The notes under the pieces were generated by a model. The model was given only the letters and a program-made list of their open reading frames with translations, searched no databases and was not told where the DNA came from. A DNA stretch of 64,000 nt from the IMG/VR virus record IMGVR_UViG_3300031551_000001, positions 1 through 64,000 of that record. The stretch is one strand, 5' to 3'. Source of the DNA: a virus. Positions 18,020 through 28,386 of the stretch are shown here, in pieces. How positions within the stretch are numbered: the first letter of the stretch is position 1; every line of letters begins with the position of its first letter. A program made the translations under genes and the position numbers.

Positions 18020-20898
18020 TGTTCTATATATTCTAATAATTGTTCTTTATTCATCTTAACAGACTTCTCGTATTCTTCTACATTTTTTTGATAATGAGGA
18101 TGAAATTTAGAGCTGTTAACACCCTGATAATGCCATAAATGGTATAGCTTACCAGGAATAGTATGTATGATGTATCCTAACTCTTTGAAGCGGTGGTAAA
18201 GTTCTATGTCCTCAAGCCCCCACGACATGAAAAGTTCATTTTCCCCTCCGGCCTCTAAATACTTTAACCTGTTAAAGAGTATCATTCCTCCCAGGCTCTT
18301 AACTGACGACTGCCCAGATCTAAAACTAAAATCCTTCTTCATCATGGTAGAATCATTTTTATCCATCTTTACAAATTCATCGAATGGATATACTACGTCT
18401 GCTTTGTTTATAGATATGGTTTCTATGGCGTCTTCCAGTTGCTGTTCAGGAATTATAACGTCAGCGTCACATACTACTATTATGTCGCTTCCAGAAGCTT
18501 TAGCCATTTCATTTAACATTTTAGTCCTGTGAAAATCAGGTATGTCAAACTCCATATAAGTACATTTGTCTTTTAGATATTCGAAATATCCTTTTCCCCT
18601 TTGTAACTGTTCTCCAATAATTATATCTGAGTATGCCGTAGACTCCAAATAGTTTATTACCGTGTCTAAATTCTTCTTTCGCATAGCACCATCATAGAAC
18701 AGTGGTATAAGGAATGTAACAGATACATCTGATAAGTCTTTGTATTCTGTGTTGCATGTTACATACTCCCTTATTTCTGCTGAAGAGTATAGATTGTATT
18801 TTACTTTTAAGTTAGTCAGTATGCTTTGATCGTGCCTATGATCTATGAACCCTTTGTGGAATTCAGGATTTGGTTGGTCCATTAATATCTCACCACCATT
18901 ATATGCACACCATTCAAGCCATTCTGTCATTATCCACATTGTCCTTTCAGACTTCTTACACACAATTATACCAGCCTCCATCTGTGGTTGGTCAAAGTAT
19001 TTCTTCTCCATGCAATCCATCTTCTCAAAACACAACTTCTTAGTGTATGTAATGTTTGGATGACATCCATCAGTCAGGAGTATATCTAATCCCTGCATTT
19101 TTTGCAGTAAAAAGTCCCTGTAATCTCCGCTTATTATATCCCCACTATCCATGTAAAGTAATATGTCACCATCATCCATGGTGTTAAGTGTAGCTATGAT
19201 GAAGTAAGGCTTCCACAGCCAGTATCCACCACCCCTTTTCTTATTCAATATTGAAGCATACTTCTTGTAAAACTCTGAGGCAGTGAGGTGTGATCTTGTA
19301 ATTTGATATGTTTTATCAACCATGCCCGAAGTAGTTACCCTGTTTATGAGTTTATCTTGTTGTGGTTTATAATTATCGTCTGCATAGCAAAGGAACACTA
19401 CTTTACGCTTTTCAAACTTAACCCTGTCTTGCAGTTGTTTTTTACTTAGTGTTTTTATGTGTTTTAGTTCTTGCTTCCCCTGTTGGAAAAAAGGATTGAA
19501 TATTGTGCTTATTGATGTGCAGTGGTGATTGAGATGATATAATCCTCCTTTTGTTCTTCCTACTTTATACCCTAATCTTCTAAATCTATCATACCTTTCT
19601 GCATCTTCTGGAGCATACGCTATAAACATTTCGTTCTCTCCACCTGCAGATATAAATGATTTCTTGTTGTACCCAATGGCTCCACCCACGCTTTTATCAT
19701 CTTTACCAACAAAGTCTATCCCGGATAACACCCCCACATCCCCACACTTAACCATATCAATATATTTTCTATTCCTGGCATATACTCCGTCTCCTACTCT
19801 TAAGAAGGCTCCATTGTAAGGATAAACAAAGTCATACCCATTTCTTAGCATTTTAACCATTTCGTACAGGTCAAAAGGAGATGTCAGAACATCAGCGTCC
19901 CAGTTAACAATGTATGGTGTGTTGGCTAAACTTGTCATTCTGTTTAACATCTTTGTCCTATGGAACTCCTTGTACGGAAATCTTACGTACTTGTCTCCAT
20001 AGTCTTTGAATTTACGGGTATGCTGTTCTCCTATGATTATGTTAGTGTCGAAGCATTTCCTTAAAAAGTTAATAGATATTTTAAGGTTCTCACGCCTGTC
20101 CATATGGTCGTATCGTACAGGAATAATGAATGTTGTATCTTTCAGATCTGTTTTATAATCATCATGGCATATCCATTCCGGTTCCCAGAAGTCTTTTTCG
20201 TTATGTGTTTTGGCTAGTGGACCTGAGAATATCTTTGGAGGTCTGATGCATTTCTTACTGTTAGCCAGGAAAGCACCCCACCAAGAGAAACTGCTATTAG
20301 CCAATATATGATTCTCACACCCAGCCATAATAGCTATATCTTGCATTGGCGTTCTTTCTTCTATTATGTATTGTTTCCCCTTAAAGTGAATCTTAGCATA
20401 TTCTACATCGTCTGTGCAAATGTAAAACTTGTATTTGGGATCGTTAAAGTATTTTACTATGGCTGATAGGTAGTATTCTGGGGGGAGGTTTATGTAGTTT
20501 GGATTGTTTATGTAGTCTCCTCTCCTTATGTGAATAGCAACAGTGTTGTCTCCAAGATAATCTGCAGACTTGGGCTTAAACCATTTGCGTATATCTTCTT
20601 TAATATTTTCCCAATACTTATATGATTGAAAAGTTCCAGTTAAATTAACCACACCTACATTAATATTATCTAATAAGGCAGGGTCATAATGAAAATATTT
20701 TTCTATTATTTCTACATCAGGAGTTACGTCTTTGTAAAATTCTTCTGGTAAATTTAATTGATATCTATATTTCCAATCTGTTATAATGGCTGGTTTGGAT
20801 TTATATTTATAAGCTTGGCCAATAACACATGCGGCCTCTAGCATATTGTTAGCCAATCGACCATATGTATTTAATTTTTTGAATGTGATATATTCCAT
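18010..20898 (-). CDS. multidomain glycosyltransferase (GT11-like + GT2/GT7-like + GYWLWKP domain + GT2/GT7-like)
   Basis: GRLANNM, HIRRGDY, NSSFSWW (GT11); WDAD and GGENEMFIAYAPED; RGGGYWLWKP..YMDSG..HRHDQS; CDAD and GGENELFMSWGLED. Confidence 0.9.
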   Translation of the reverse strand: MEYITFKKLNTYGRLANNMLEAACVIGQAYKYKSKPAIITDWKYRYQLNLPEEFYKDVTPDVEIIEKYFHYDPALLDNINVGVVNLTGTFQSYKYWENIKEDIRKWFKPKSADYLGDNTVAIHIRRGDYINNPNYINLPPEYYLSAIVKYFNDPKYKFYICTDDVEYAKIHFKGKQYIIEERTPMQDIAIMAGCENHILANSSFSWWGAFLANSKKCIRPPKIFSGPLAKTHNEKDFWEPEWICHDDYKTDLKDTTFIIPVRYDHMDRRENLKISINFLRKCFDTNIIIGEQHTRKFKDYGDKYVRFPYKEFHRTKMLNRMTSLANTPYIVNWDADVLTSPFDLYEMVKMLRNGYDFVYPYNGAFLRVGDGVYARNRKYIDMVKCGDVGVLSGIDFVGKDDKSVGGAIGYNKKSFISAGGENEMFIAYAPEDAERYDRFRRLGYKVGRTKGGLYHLNHHCTSISTIFNPFFQQGKQELKHIKTLSKKQLQDRVKFEKRKVVFLCYADDNYKPQQDKLINRVTTSGMVDKTYQITRSHLTASEFYKKYASILNKKRGGGYWLWKPYFIIATLNTMDDGDILLYMDSGDIISGDYRDFLLQKMQGLDILLTDGCHPNITYTKKLCFEKMDCMEKKYFDQPQMEAGIIVCKKSERTMWIMTEWLEWCAYNGGEILMDQPNPEFHKGFIDHRHDQSILTNLKVKYNLYSSAEIREYVTCNTEYKDLSDVSVTFLIPLFYDGAMRKKNLDTVINYLESTAYSDIIIGEQLQRGKGYFEYLKDKCTYMEFDIPDFHRTKMLNEMAKASGSDIIVVCDADVIIPEQQLEDAIETISINKADVVYPFDEFVKMDKNDSTMMKKDFSFRSGQSSVKSLGGMILFNRLKYLEAGGENELFMSWGLEDIELYHRFKELGYIIHTIPGKLYHLWHYQGVNSSKFHPHYQKNVEEYEKSVKMNKEQLLEYIEQWK

Positions 20899-20919
20899 AA
20901 AATGTATAGTAGAATTATC

Positions 20920-21567
20920 CTAATCCAGTTTATTCTTAAAATATTTATGAGCTAAATGATAGTCAACATCATTAAACGCCACATCGCTGTATCCTGCCAT
21001 ATGATCTACTGGCCAAGGAATAAGTGCTAAACAATTAAATACAGGATGTACCTTCAAAGCATAGAACTCGTCAATCCCATAAGTGTATGTTGCGTTTTCA
21101 ATGATATAGTCATATAAATTATCGGCAATAATATAAGCATATGTGCCAGAAATTTGATTGGCTTTATAAACGTATGGATTGTCTGTGGGCGTTATGTCTT
21201 TGTCTGGAAATTCAAAATGTCCACCAAGATATAACATGTCAAAACCTCTGTCCACGGAATTCACTCTTTCTACGAAGTCCTCAGCTAACACTATATCATC
21301 CTCAAGAACAACAATATACTTGTATTGTTTTTCCTTAGCATGTTTGATGAGGCTTACATGAGACATTAAGCACCCTAATATTCCTTGTGCGTTACGTTCT
21401 CCATATTTCCTACTGTCTTCCGGTACTTCGAGGGTTCTACCATCTGTAGCTTCCCACCTGGTAAACGTTAGTCCAAGATTATCTAGTTTGGTTTTCATGT
21501 CGTTTAACCTATCTGTACGATGAGGAAGATTAACAACGAATATTGGTATGTCAGCTATTTTAATCAT
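20920..21567 (-). CDS. GT25-family glycosyltransferase
   Basis: VVNLPHRTDR, ATDG, GCLMSH, VLEDD, LYLG, GTYAY. Confidence 0.9.
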   Translation of the reverse strand: MIKIADIPIFVVNLPHRTDRLNDMKTKLDNLGLTFTRWEATDGRTLEVPEDSRKYGERNAQGILGCLMSHVSLIKHAKEKQYKYIVVLEDDIVLAEDFVERVNSVDRGFDMLYLGGHFEFPDKDITPTDNPYVYKANQISGTYAYIIADNLYDYIIENATYTYGIDEFYALKVHPVFNCLALIPWPVDHMAGYSDVAFNDVDYHLAHKYFKNKLD

Positions 21568-21688
21568 ATATGTGTGTTTTAAGGCTCATATGAGCGTTTG
21601 TGACAGCTTTAGATTCAAAGTTAAGGTTTTTGTTGTCTTTTATATTATATCGCCCTCAGCGTCCTCTGAGGAAGCCACAGGGTATAAA

Positions 21689-22411
21689 TTATCTTTGTTT
21701 GTTTGTGTCATATAACCATACATAATTAATATTAGGATAAAAAAAGTTCTTGCGTTCATACATAGACCTAAATCTTGCGTTATCAGTGACTAAACAATCT
21801 ACGTTAATGTGTTTGTTTCTTTTCAGGGCAGATGCTAATGAATGTCCACCAGAATTAAGACATATATACCTCTTGCATGAAGATATGTAATTACATAACT
21901 CATATATATTGTTTACCGTGATAGTATCATTTACGTATATTCTGTCACTGCATATCTTTTCTCCTACTATCTGCACTAAACCTCCCCCCCCCTGCTTATC
22001 CAAGTATTCTTGTAAAACATTCTCATCATAGTCTCCTTCTCTTTTACTTGTTTTACATGACATGTCTACGAGTGTGATATCGGATAGTTCTGGGCAAAGG
22101 ACAGGTTGATAATATATTATCGGATAATCATTTGTATAAGGTAAAAAATTTGCAATCTCCCAATTGCCAATAAAGGATCCACATACGTTCTTTGGTTCAC
22201 GTCCTATTATTTCTCCACAGTTTCCGGGTTTATCCATCTTACCTTTAACAAATGGACTTAACCCCCACACCAACTCATATACTTCATCACTGCATGGAGT
22301 CTCTGCACTTATGTACACATCGTATCCCTGTTGGTGGAATAATGATGGTAAAGTACTGTGCTGTAAGCTATCACCAAGTCCATCATGCCACGATCTAATT
22401 ATTTTGTCCAT
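21689..22411 (-). CDS. GT-B (GT9-like) glycosyltransferase
   Basis: N-terminal GLGD and C-terminal ICLNSGGHSLASAL, resembling GT9 DSGxxHLAxA. Confidence 0.6.
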   Translation of the reverse strand: MDKIIRSWHDGLGDSLQHSTLPSLFHQQGYDVYISAETPCSDEVYELVWGLSPFVKGKMDKPGNCGEIIGREPKNVCGSFIGNWEIANFLPYTNDYPIIYYQPVLCPELSDITLVDMSCKTSKREGDYDENVLQEYLDKQGGGGLVQIVGEKICSDRIYVNDTITVNNIYELCNYISSCKRYICLNSGGHSLASALKRNKHINVDCLVTDNARFRSMYERKNFFYPNINYVWLYDTNKQR

Positions 22412-22983
22412 ATCCCGTAGCTACATTGATGAGTATGAAAGTCATGTATCCCTTGTCCTGCCTCATAATATTGAACACAATCTCCGAAATGTCCTATAAA
22501 GAAGCCCATAGTAAATTCATGGTGATGAGCTTTATCTTTTCCGGCTTCTATTGGTTCAAAGAAACGAATTATTTTAGAAGCTTTTTTTGCCTTGTCAATA
22601 ATGATGTTAGGGTCTAACACGTGTTGAAGAACGTTCATTAACCACACCTCATCTACTTTAGGAAAGTCTATTTCTTCTGCTGGTTTTGTTAATAGAGTGA
22701 ATCCGGCTTTATCACATGTGTTTCGTAGTAATGATGATGGCATGGGTTCTATTATGTAGCAGTTACCGTGGTTATGACAGTAATCTAAGGCAGAAAAATC
22801 TGCTGGTCCTATCTCTATTATGTCCTTCTCCTGCAGGTCTGGATTTATTTGTAGGTAGTGGAAGTAGTTTCTGTAAGAATTTTTGTAGTGTTTTCTTCCT
22901 TCTATCTCGTCAAAGATATGATGTCTACGTTCCTCTATTTGTCCTAATTCCCATTTACTTCTTTCTATCATTTTATTTCCCAT
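22399..22983 (-). CDS. class I SAM-dependent methyltransferase
   Basis: IIEIGP, IIEP, NVLQHVLDP. Confidence 0.75.
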   Translation of the reverse strand: MGNKMIERSKWELGQIEERRHHIFDEIEGRKHYKNSYRNYFHYLQINPDLQEKDIIEIGPADFSALDYCHNHGNCYIIEPMPSSLLRNTCDKAGFTLLTKPAEEIDFPKVDEVWLMNVLQHVLDPNIIIDKAKKASKIIRFFEPIEAGKDKAHHHEFTMGFFIGHFGDCVQYYEAGQGIHDFHTHQCSYGIWTK

Positions 22984-23056
22984 TTATGATAAGCGTGTTC
23001 TTTTATTTGCCCTTCCTCCCATTGGCTTATGGGGACATCCTTAAATTCATTTTGTT

Positions 23057-23674
23057 TCATTTCTTTCTTTTTCTTAGCCATTTTGCAAGTGGATATGCGG
23101 GGTTGCAATCTGCATGATTATAATTATCACTAAAATATTCAGCAAACTCAATCATGTCCTTTTTATTAAATTGAGGTTTATTCTCTTTTATATATTGTTC
23201 AGCTTTTTCTTTTGATGAGAATATTTTATAATTATTAGAATAACGTGGCAATCTTGAAAAAAATACACTTTGCATTATATCATTATCAATATTATTTGTA
23301 TCTAAACAATAGAAAACTTGTCCATCACAAAGTTCTTTACCATCTTCTGTCTTTAAAGTTGGTTGTTTTTCTATTAATCTCGGGCCATAATCATTACCGC
23401 CGACTAACATGAAATTAATCGATTTAGTAAAATCTTTCCATTCCTTTTCTTCTAATTCGAATTTATCCTCTTCTATCTTTTCAAACCATGATGGATGTTG
23501 GTTTAATAATAATTTTATTTTGAATTTATCATCTTCCAATATACAATATCTTCTATATTTTTTATCTATAAATGGATTGTCAATTACTATATCTAAATTA
23601 TCTTTAAAGGTAATTATTGCAAATTCTTGTATACCATACCAATCAAGATTATCTGTGATTACTTTATATTTCAT
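23057..23674 (-). CDS. hypothetical phage protein
   Basis: 205-aa ORF, TEDGKEL motif. Confidence 0.65.
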   Translation of the reverse strand: MKYKVITDNLDWYGIQEFAIITFKDNLDIVIDNPFIDKKYRRYCILEDDKFKIKLLLNQHPSWFEKIEEDKFELEEKEWKDFTKSINFMLVGGNDYGPRLIEKQPTLKTEDGKELCDGQVFYCLDTNNIDNDIMQSVFFSRLPRYSNNYKIFSSKEKAEQYIKENKPQFNKKDMIEFAEYFSDNYNHADCNPAYPLAKWLRKRKK

Positions 23675-23964
23675 TGTTTATTATTTTTAATAAAAAAGAC
23701 AAATTATTTTTATAAAGATATTTAATTCGTTGTTCTCTTTTTTCTAATTCTTCTTCTGAAATTTGTTTTTCTCTTCCATCGAGATAATCATATCCATTAT
23801 AATAATTGTATAAACCATAATCATTACAAACACTACCATTCCTAATTTTAAAATGCCCAATAATTTGTCCTTCTTTATATTTTAGTGGATGTTCTAATTT
23901 GTAATTTAATTCTTTTAACTTTTCATTTTCATTTTCTAATTTTGCGTTTTTTTCATGAAGACGA

Positions 23965-24699
23965 TCAATAAGCCTTGTTTCTTCTGTTGCTTTTTTCATT
24001 ATTTTTAAGATTTAATATTTCGTTTCCGTTTATAAAGTTGCAATGATGAAATCCAAAATGTTTATTCACGTCAAAATAGAAGGGTTCTCTGTAATCATCC
24101 CCAAATTCACTACATCTGTTTTCGTAAGAAAATCTGTATGCGAGGTCTAATGGTGGAAATTTTATTTGATATTCCATACATTTTTCATAATTTATTGCCG
24201 TCAGAAAGATGTCTTCCCCCAAATACCCACATGTAATGAATTGATTGGAATATTCAAGGAACTTTCTACTTCTCAGAGAAAACCCCCCGTTGCCTATTCT
24301 GTTTTTAGAAATTGCTTTTCGTATAATATCTCGTTTATCTGGTGACTGATCTTGTATCCACTCTTCATCATCCGGCCAAGGGGCTCCAATATAATCATAC
24401 TTCAAAAACTCATCTGTCCACATATCTGGGTTCACAACATATCCATCTGACTGGATGACAAGCACATAATCATTATCTATATACTCTATTAAGTTAAGCA
24501 TAAAATTGTTGTACATCAGGACAGAGGAGAGGTGCGGAATCGCTATCTTTTCCACCCCCTCATATACTCTGTCTGTGCTTGATAAAAGAACAATCCTCCC
24601 AAAATTTATATCTTTTGATGAATATCTGAGTGCTGCTACAGCATCATCTGGACAATCGCAATTTACAGCTACAAGGGCTATTTTATCTTCCCTTTTCAT
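23965..24699 (-). CDS. DUF5672-like GT-A-fold protein
   Basis: IQSDG, FLKYDYIGAPW, IGNGGFSLRSRK, GED, FGFH. Confidence 0.85.
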   Translation of the reverse strand: MKREDKIALVAVNCDCPDDAVAALRYSSKDINFGRIVLLSSTDRVYEGVEKIAIPHLSSVLMYNNFMLNLIEYIDNDYVLVIQSDGYVVNPDMWTDEFLKYDYIGAPWPDDEEWIQDQSPDKRDIIRKAISKNRIGNGGFSLRSRKFLEYSNQFITCGYLGEDIFLTAINYEKCMEYQIKFPPLDLAYRFSYENRCSEFGDDYREPFYFDVNKHFGFHHCNFINGNEILNLKNNEKSNRRNKAY

Positions 24700-25378
24700 C
24701 TGGGTACAAATTTTTAACCAAATCACTTTGCCAAAATTCTTTAGTATCTATATTTATTAAGGTTAATTTCCCTTCCCATCCAGCACCTTGATCAATATTC
24801 CATAAATTACGAATATGTACAGGACTTAAATCACTTTTAGTTCTTGATGTTGTTGTGTGACCAATATAAATTTCATCATAATCTTTTACCTCAAAAATAG
24901 GAGAAAATAGATAAGACCAAAATAAATCTCTGTCCCATGTTAAATCATATATAGATTGCTTAGAAATATCCTTCACTAAAGAAAAACCTCCATGAACAAA
25001 CAATTTATTATCTTTTGTTATATAATAAGGTTTCGCATTCTCAAGAAATTTCTCATGTTTTTGTTCATAATTTGAATCTTGTACTCTATAATAAGCATTT
25101 AAAGTGGCTTCTCCTCCTTGGGACGTCCATATTCTTGGTTTATTATAAGTTTTGAAATAATCCAGCAACCACCGATCATGATTTCCTAAAATATAAATTA
25201 GATTTTTAAACTTCATAAGTTCTTCAAAACATTCAGGAACTTGGCTCCATCCATCAGCTACATCCCCCAAGCTTATTAATAAATCATTATCGTAATCTAT
25301 CCCTGATTTTTCAATAACCTGCATTAGCGCTTTATATGCACCATGAATATCTCCCAAACAAAATCTTTTTATTTCCAT
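24683..25378 (-). CDS. calcineurin-like metallophosphoesterase (lambda NinI-like)
   Basis: GDIHG, GDVAD, GNHD, FVHGG, GHT. Confidence 0.9.
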   Translation of the reverse strand: MEIKRFCLGDIHGAYKALMQVIEKSGIDYDNDLLISLGDVADGWSQVPECFEELMKFKNLIYILGNHDRWLLDYFKTYNKPRIWTSQGGEATLNAYYRVQDSNYEQKHEKFLENAKPYYITKDNKLFVHGGFSLVKDISKQSIYDLTWDRDLFWSYLFSPIFEVKDYDEIYIGHTTTSRTKSDLSPVHIRNLWNIDQGAGWEGKLTLINIDTKEFWQSDLVKNLYPDEKGR

Positions 25379-26355
25379 ATTGTAGGTAAATTTTTATATA
25401 CCTCTATGTTCGTAAATTCTTTCGATTCTTCAATTTCCTGAGTATTTGCCCATTCAACCATTTTGTTAATTCCGTCCCATATCTGTGTTTTATTTATAGA
25501 AGGAAAATGCTTCTTGATCTTATCAATAGAACAATATGCATTATGCACTTCATTTCTTGCTTTAACATGCATTATTTGTTGATGAGACCCCATAGCACGC
25601 TTTACCATTTCTGCTATATCGTTTACAGAATATGTCTTTTCTGCTCCTATGTTAAAAGTTTTATTATACATTTCAGGTTTAAAAGCAGATTGAGCTATTT
25701 TAGGGGCTATGTCCCCTATAAATGAAAATGCTCTTGTCTGAGTGCCGTCTCCGAACACGGTCAATGGCTTATCAGAAAGAATTTGATTAATAAAAATACC
25801 AAGAACATTTCTATATTTATCGTTGAGTCGTTGTCTTGGCCCGTAAATATTGTATGGGCGAAAGATAATGTAATCAAGACCAAACATTTTATTGGCTGCT
25901 ATTATATCAAGTTCTGTGGCATATTTAGCTATACCGTATGGGTCTATGGGTTGTGGTTGTGTTTCTTCTGTAAACGGTGGTTCTGCATCTCCATAACAAG
26001 CTATTGAACTAAAAAAGATAAGTTTTGCTTCATGTTTTATGCATTCATTGATAATATTCATAGAACCTACTACATTGTTGGTATAATTGAAATTGCGTAT
26101 AAAATGAGAGAGCCCTTCGGCAGCATAAGCAGCCAAATGAAATACATATTCGAATTTATAGTCTACGAACATCCAGCTCATTTGCCTTTTGTCATTGACT
26201 GTCATCTGGTAAAAATGAGACTTCCTGTTTATATTGTTCGTGCTTCCCCCGCTTAAATTATCCACGACATAAACATCATGTTTGAGATTTATGAGTTCGT
26301 CAACTATATGAGAACCAATAAACCCTAAACCTCCGGTTACAAGTATATTACTCAT
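25369..26355 (-). CDS. NAD-dependent nucleotide-sugar epimerase/dehydratase
   Basis: TGGLGFIG, HLAA, catalytic YGIAK, NIYGP. Confidence 0.93.
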   Translation of the reverse strand: MSNILVTGGLGFIGSHIVDELINLKHDVYVVDNLSGGSTNNINRKSHFYQMTVNDKRQMSWMFVDYKFEYVFHLAAYAAEGLSHFIRNFNYTNNVVGSMNIINECIKHEAKLIFFSSIACYGDAEPPFTEETQPQPIDPYGIAKYATELDIIAANKMFGLDYIIFRPYNIYGPRQRLNDKYRNVLGIFINQILSDKPLTVFGDGTQTRAFSFIGDIAPKIAQSAFKPEMYNKTFNIGAEKTYSVNDIAEMVKRAMGSHQQIMHVKARNEVHNAYCSIDKIKKHFPSINKTQIWDGINKMVEWANTQEIEESKEFTNIEVYKNLPTIWK

Positions 26356-26525
26356 TTTCTAATTATTTTAGGTTTATAAACCAAGAATAATTTATCACAA
26401 TAAACACACCTAGAATAAATACAACCACTCCACACATCCATTTCCCATGTAAGTTTTGGTTTGTGAAAACCAAATAAACATTTAATCTTTCTAAACATTT
26501 TGGTTTTAAATCATCAATACCACTA

Positions 26526-26708
26526 TCAATATTTTTTAATGTCTTCATGAATAGTTTCATCTATGCTCTCTAAATATTCATCATATAAACCCTCACTTAA
26601 ACCTTCGCTAAAAAGAGCAAAACCAACATCCAAAATATTCAATACCCGATCTTTATTGAGATGTTTTTCGGTGAACTGCTTCATTATATAGTAGCTATTC
26701 CAATGCAT
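26526..26708 (-). pseudogene. N-terminal fragment of a class I methyltransferase fused to an unrelated tail
   Basis: MHWNSY..M..F...LNILDVG stops resembling the fold right after motif I. Confidence 0.5.
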
Positions 26709-27108
26709 TTTTTCTTAATAATTCTAAATTTTCGTAAATATTTCCAATTATTTCAATATCTTTAATCGAATATAATTCTGTAAAATTAAATTCATTTCCA
26801 TATAACGTATCGTTAGGTTTTCCCCTAAATGCCCCATTTTTGAAAATAATACTCCATACAGAATTTACCATTTTAGAAGCGTCATTCTGAACAATATCAC
26901 CTTCATAAATCTCTTTGCCTTGACGATCATGTAATCCAGTAAATTGCATTAAAATTGCATGTTTATTAGTAGGATAATTTTTATTTGGAGTTTCTTTTAT
27001 TGGCCATATTCTTAAAAAAGACTCATCTGGCATTTGCATAATAGTTTGTACAAATACCATTCTTTTTTCATTTATTAGCCATGCCCTGAATTTAATTTCT
27101 CTATTCAT
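26695..27108 (-). CDS. YopX-family protein
   Basis: MNREIKFRAW, LMQFTGLHD..GKEIYEGDI, IIGNIYEN. Confidence 0.92.
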   Translation of the reverse strand: MNREIKFRAWLINEKRMVFVQTIMQMPDESFLRIWPIKETPNKNYPTNKHAILMQFTGLHDRQGKEIYEGDIVQNDASKMVNSVWSIIFKNGAFRGKPNDTLYGNEFNFTELYSIKDIEIIGNIYENLELLRKNALE

Positions 27109-27907
27109 ATCTTGATTTTTTTTTAAAGTTTTTCACAATCCATGTTTTTAAAGGATAATCAGGCTTGCCCCAATACAAACCTGTATCGTTAAAATTCAAC
27201 CATGTTTTCCCGGCTATAGCAACCTCTATATCCTTATAGGTGTCCTGTTTAAAACACGTGGTTCTGTTCTCATAAAAACCCTCGAACCCAACTTTATAAT
27301 CATTCTCCTCCACCAATGGTTTTCCTGAATACTCATCAGGATAAAGATTAAAATATAGTGTGGCAAGAGAATATGGCCGTGCCTGTTCCCAAAACTTATA
27401 TTCATTGAACATTTGTTTCAATAAGTCTTTCTTATAAATTAAAGGGAGATGATGTTCAAAGCTGTATTTTGCTTTATGGAGAATATATGCTTGGTTAGTG
27501 GTTTTCCCATTATGAGAAGACTGGTTTACTTTAAATAGTTTATTTGTATAGTGTAGCCAAGGTACGTTCTTTATCCCCGTTTTATCTATTTGTTTAAGAA
27601 GAATAATATCATCATATATATAACAAAACTCTTTTGGGCATTGTTCTGAATTGACGTATGTATAAACCTTATTCAAAACATCAAAATAATTTTCAAACGG
27701 CCTGTGTCCGTTGTTGATTTTTAATAACCTTTCAGGATAAAATCTTTCTATTTGTTCTGAATATCCTTTGTACCATTCAGGGGTAGTGGTTGAATAAAGA
27801 ACTACATCAAATTCATCCATAAAATTAGCCTGTAAGGATCTGAGCATATATTTAAGCTCATTATTCCCCCACAGACTATTAATTCCTAATGGAACAAAAA
27901 ATATCAT
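27101..27907 (-). CDS. Stealth-CR2-like/GT-A-like protein
   Basis: NELKYMLRSL resembles ELRYSLRS; YDD, HLP, LNFND. Confidence 0.5.
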   Translation of the reverse strand: MIFFVPLGINSLWGNNELKYMLRSLQANFMDEFDVVLYSTTTPEWYKGYSEQIERFYPERLLKINNGHRPFENYFDVLNKVYTYVNSEQCPKEFCYIYDDIILLKQIDKTGIKNVPWLHYTNKLFKVNQSSHNGKTTNQAYILHKAKYSFEHHLPLIYKKDLLKQMFNEYKFWEQARPYSLATLYFNLYPDEYSGKPLVEENDYKVGFEGFYENRTTCFKQDTYKDIEVAIAGKTWLNFNDTGLYWGKPDYPLKTWIVKNFKKKSRYE

Positions 27908-28386
27908 ATCAAATTGAATATAACTATTATAAGCATCCCACAAAGTCCAACTCCAAAAACTAATATTGTTTCTATGATTACGATTATTTTAAAAATATCG
28001 CATCCTTTTAAGTAATAAGATTTGTCATTAAAAATCTGATCAAATACGAACATTTTTAGAAATCCTGTGCCAATCAGAGATATAAGTGACACGATTAAAA
28101 TAAGTTTGAATATTTCGAACATAGCTTTAAAATTTAAGGTTCCAAAGTTAATAATTACTCCATCATTGCCTTTCCCAATGACAAGAGTGTAAACATAAAA
28201 GAATTGTACTCCAAACTACCAACAATTATCACACACGGTATATATAGCGGTAAATACAGAGTATACACTAAAAGTATAATGATAAAACCTATAAATCTAA
28301 TAATTAAATTCATTATTATTAGTATCATTGTTGTCAGGTTTAACCTGACTTATTTACTATGATAAATAAATATATTTCTACACAAT

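Noticed and set aside
28333-28349. Palindrome GTCAGGTT-T-AACCTGAC
   Set aside because: Single occurrence with no context to assign a function
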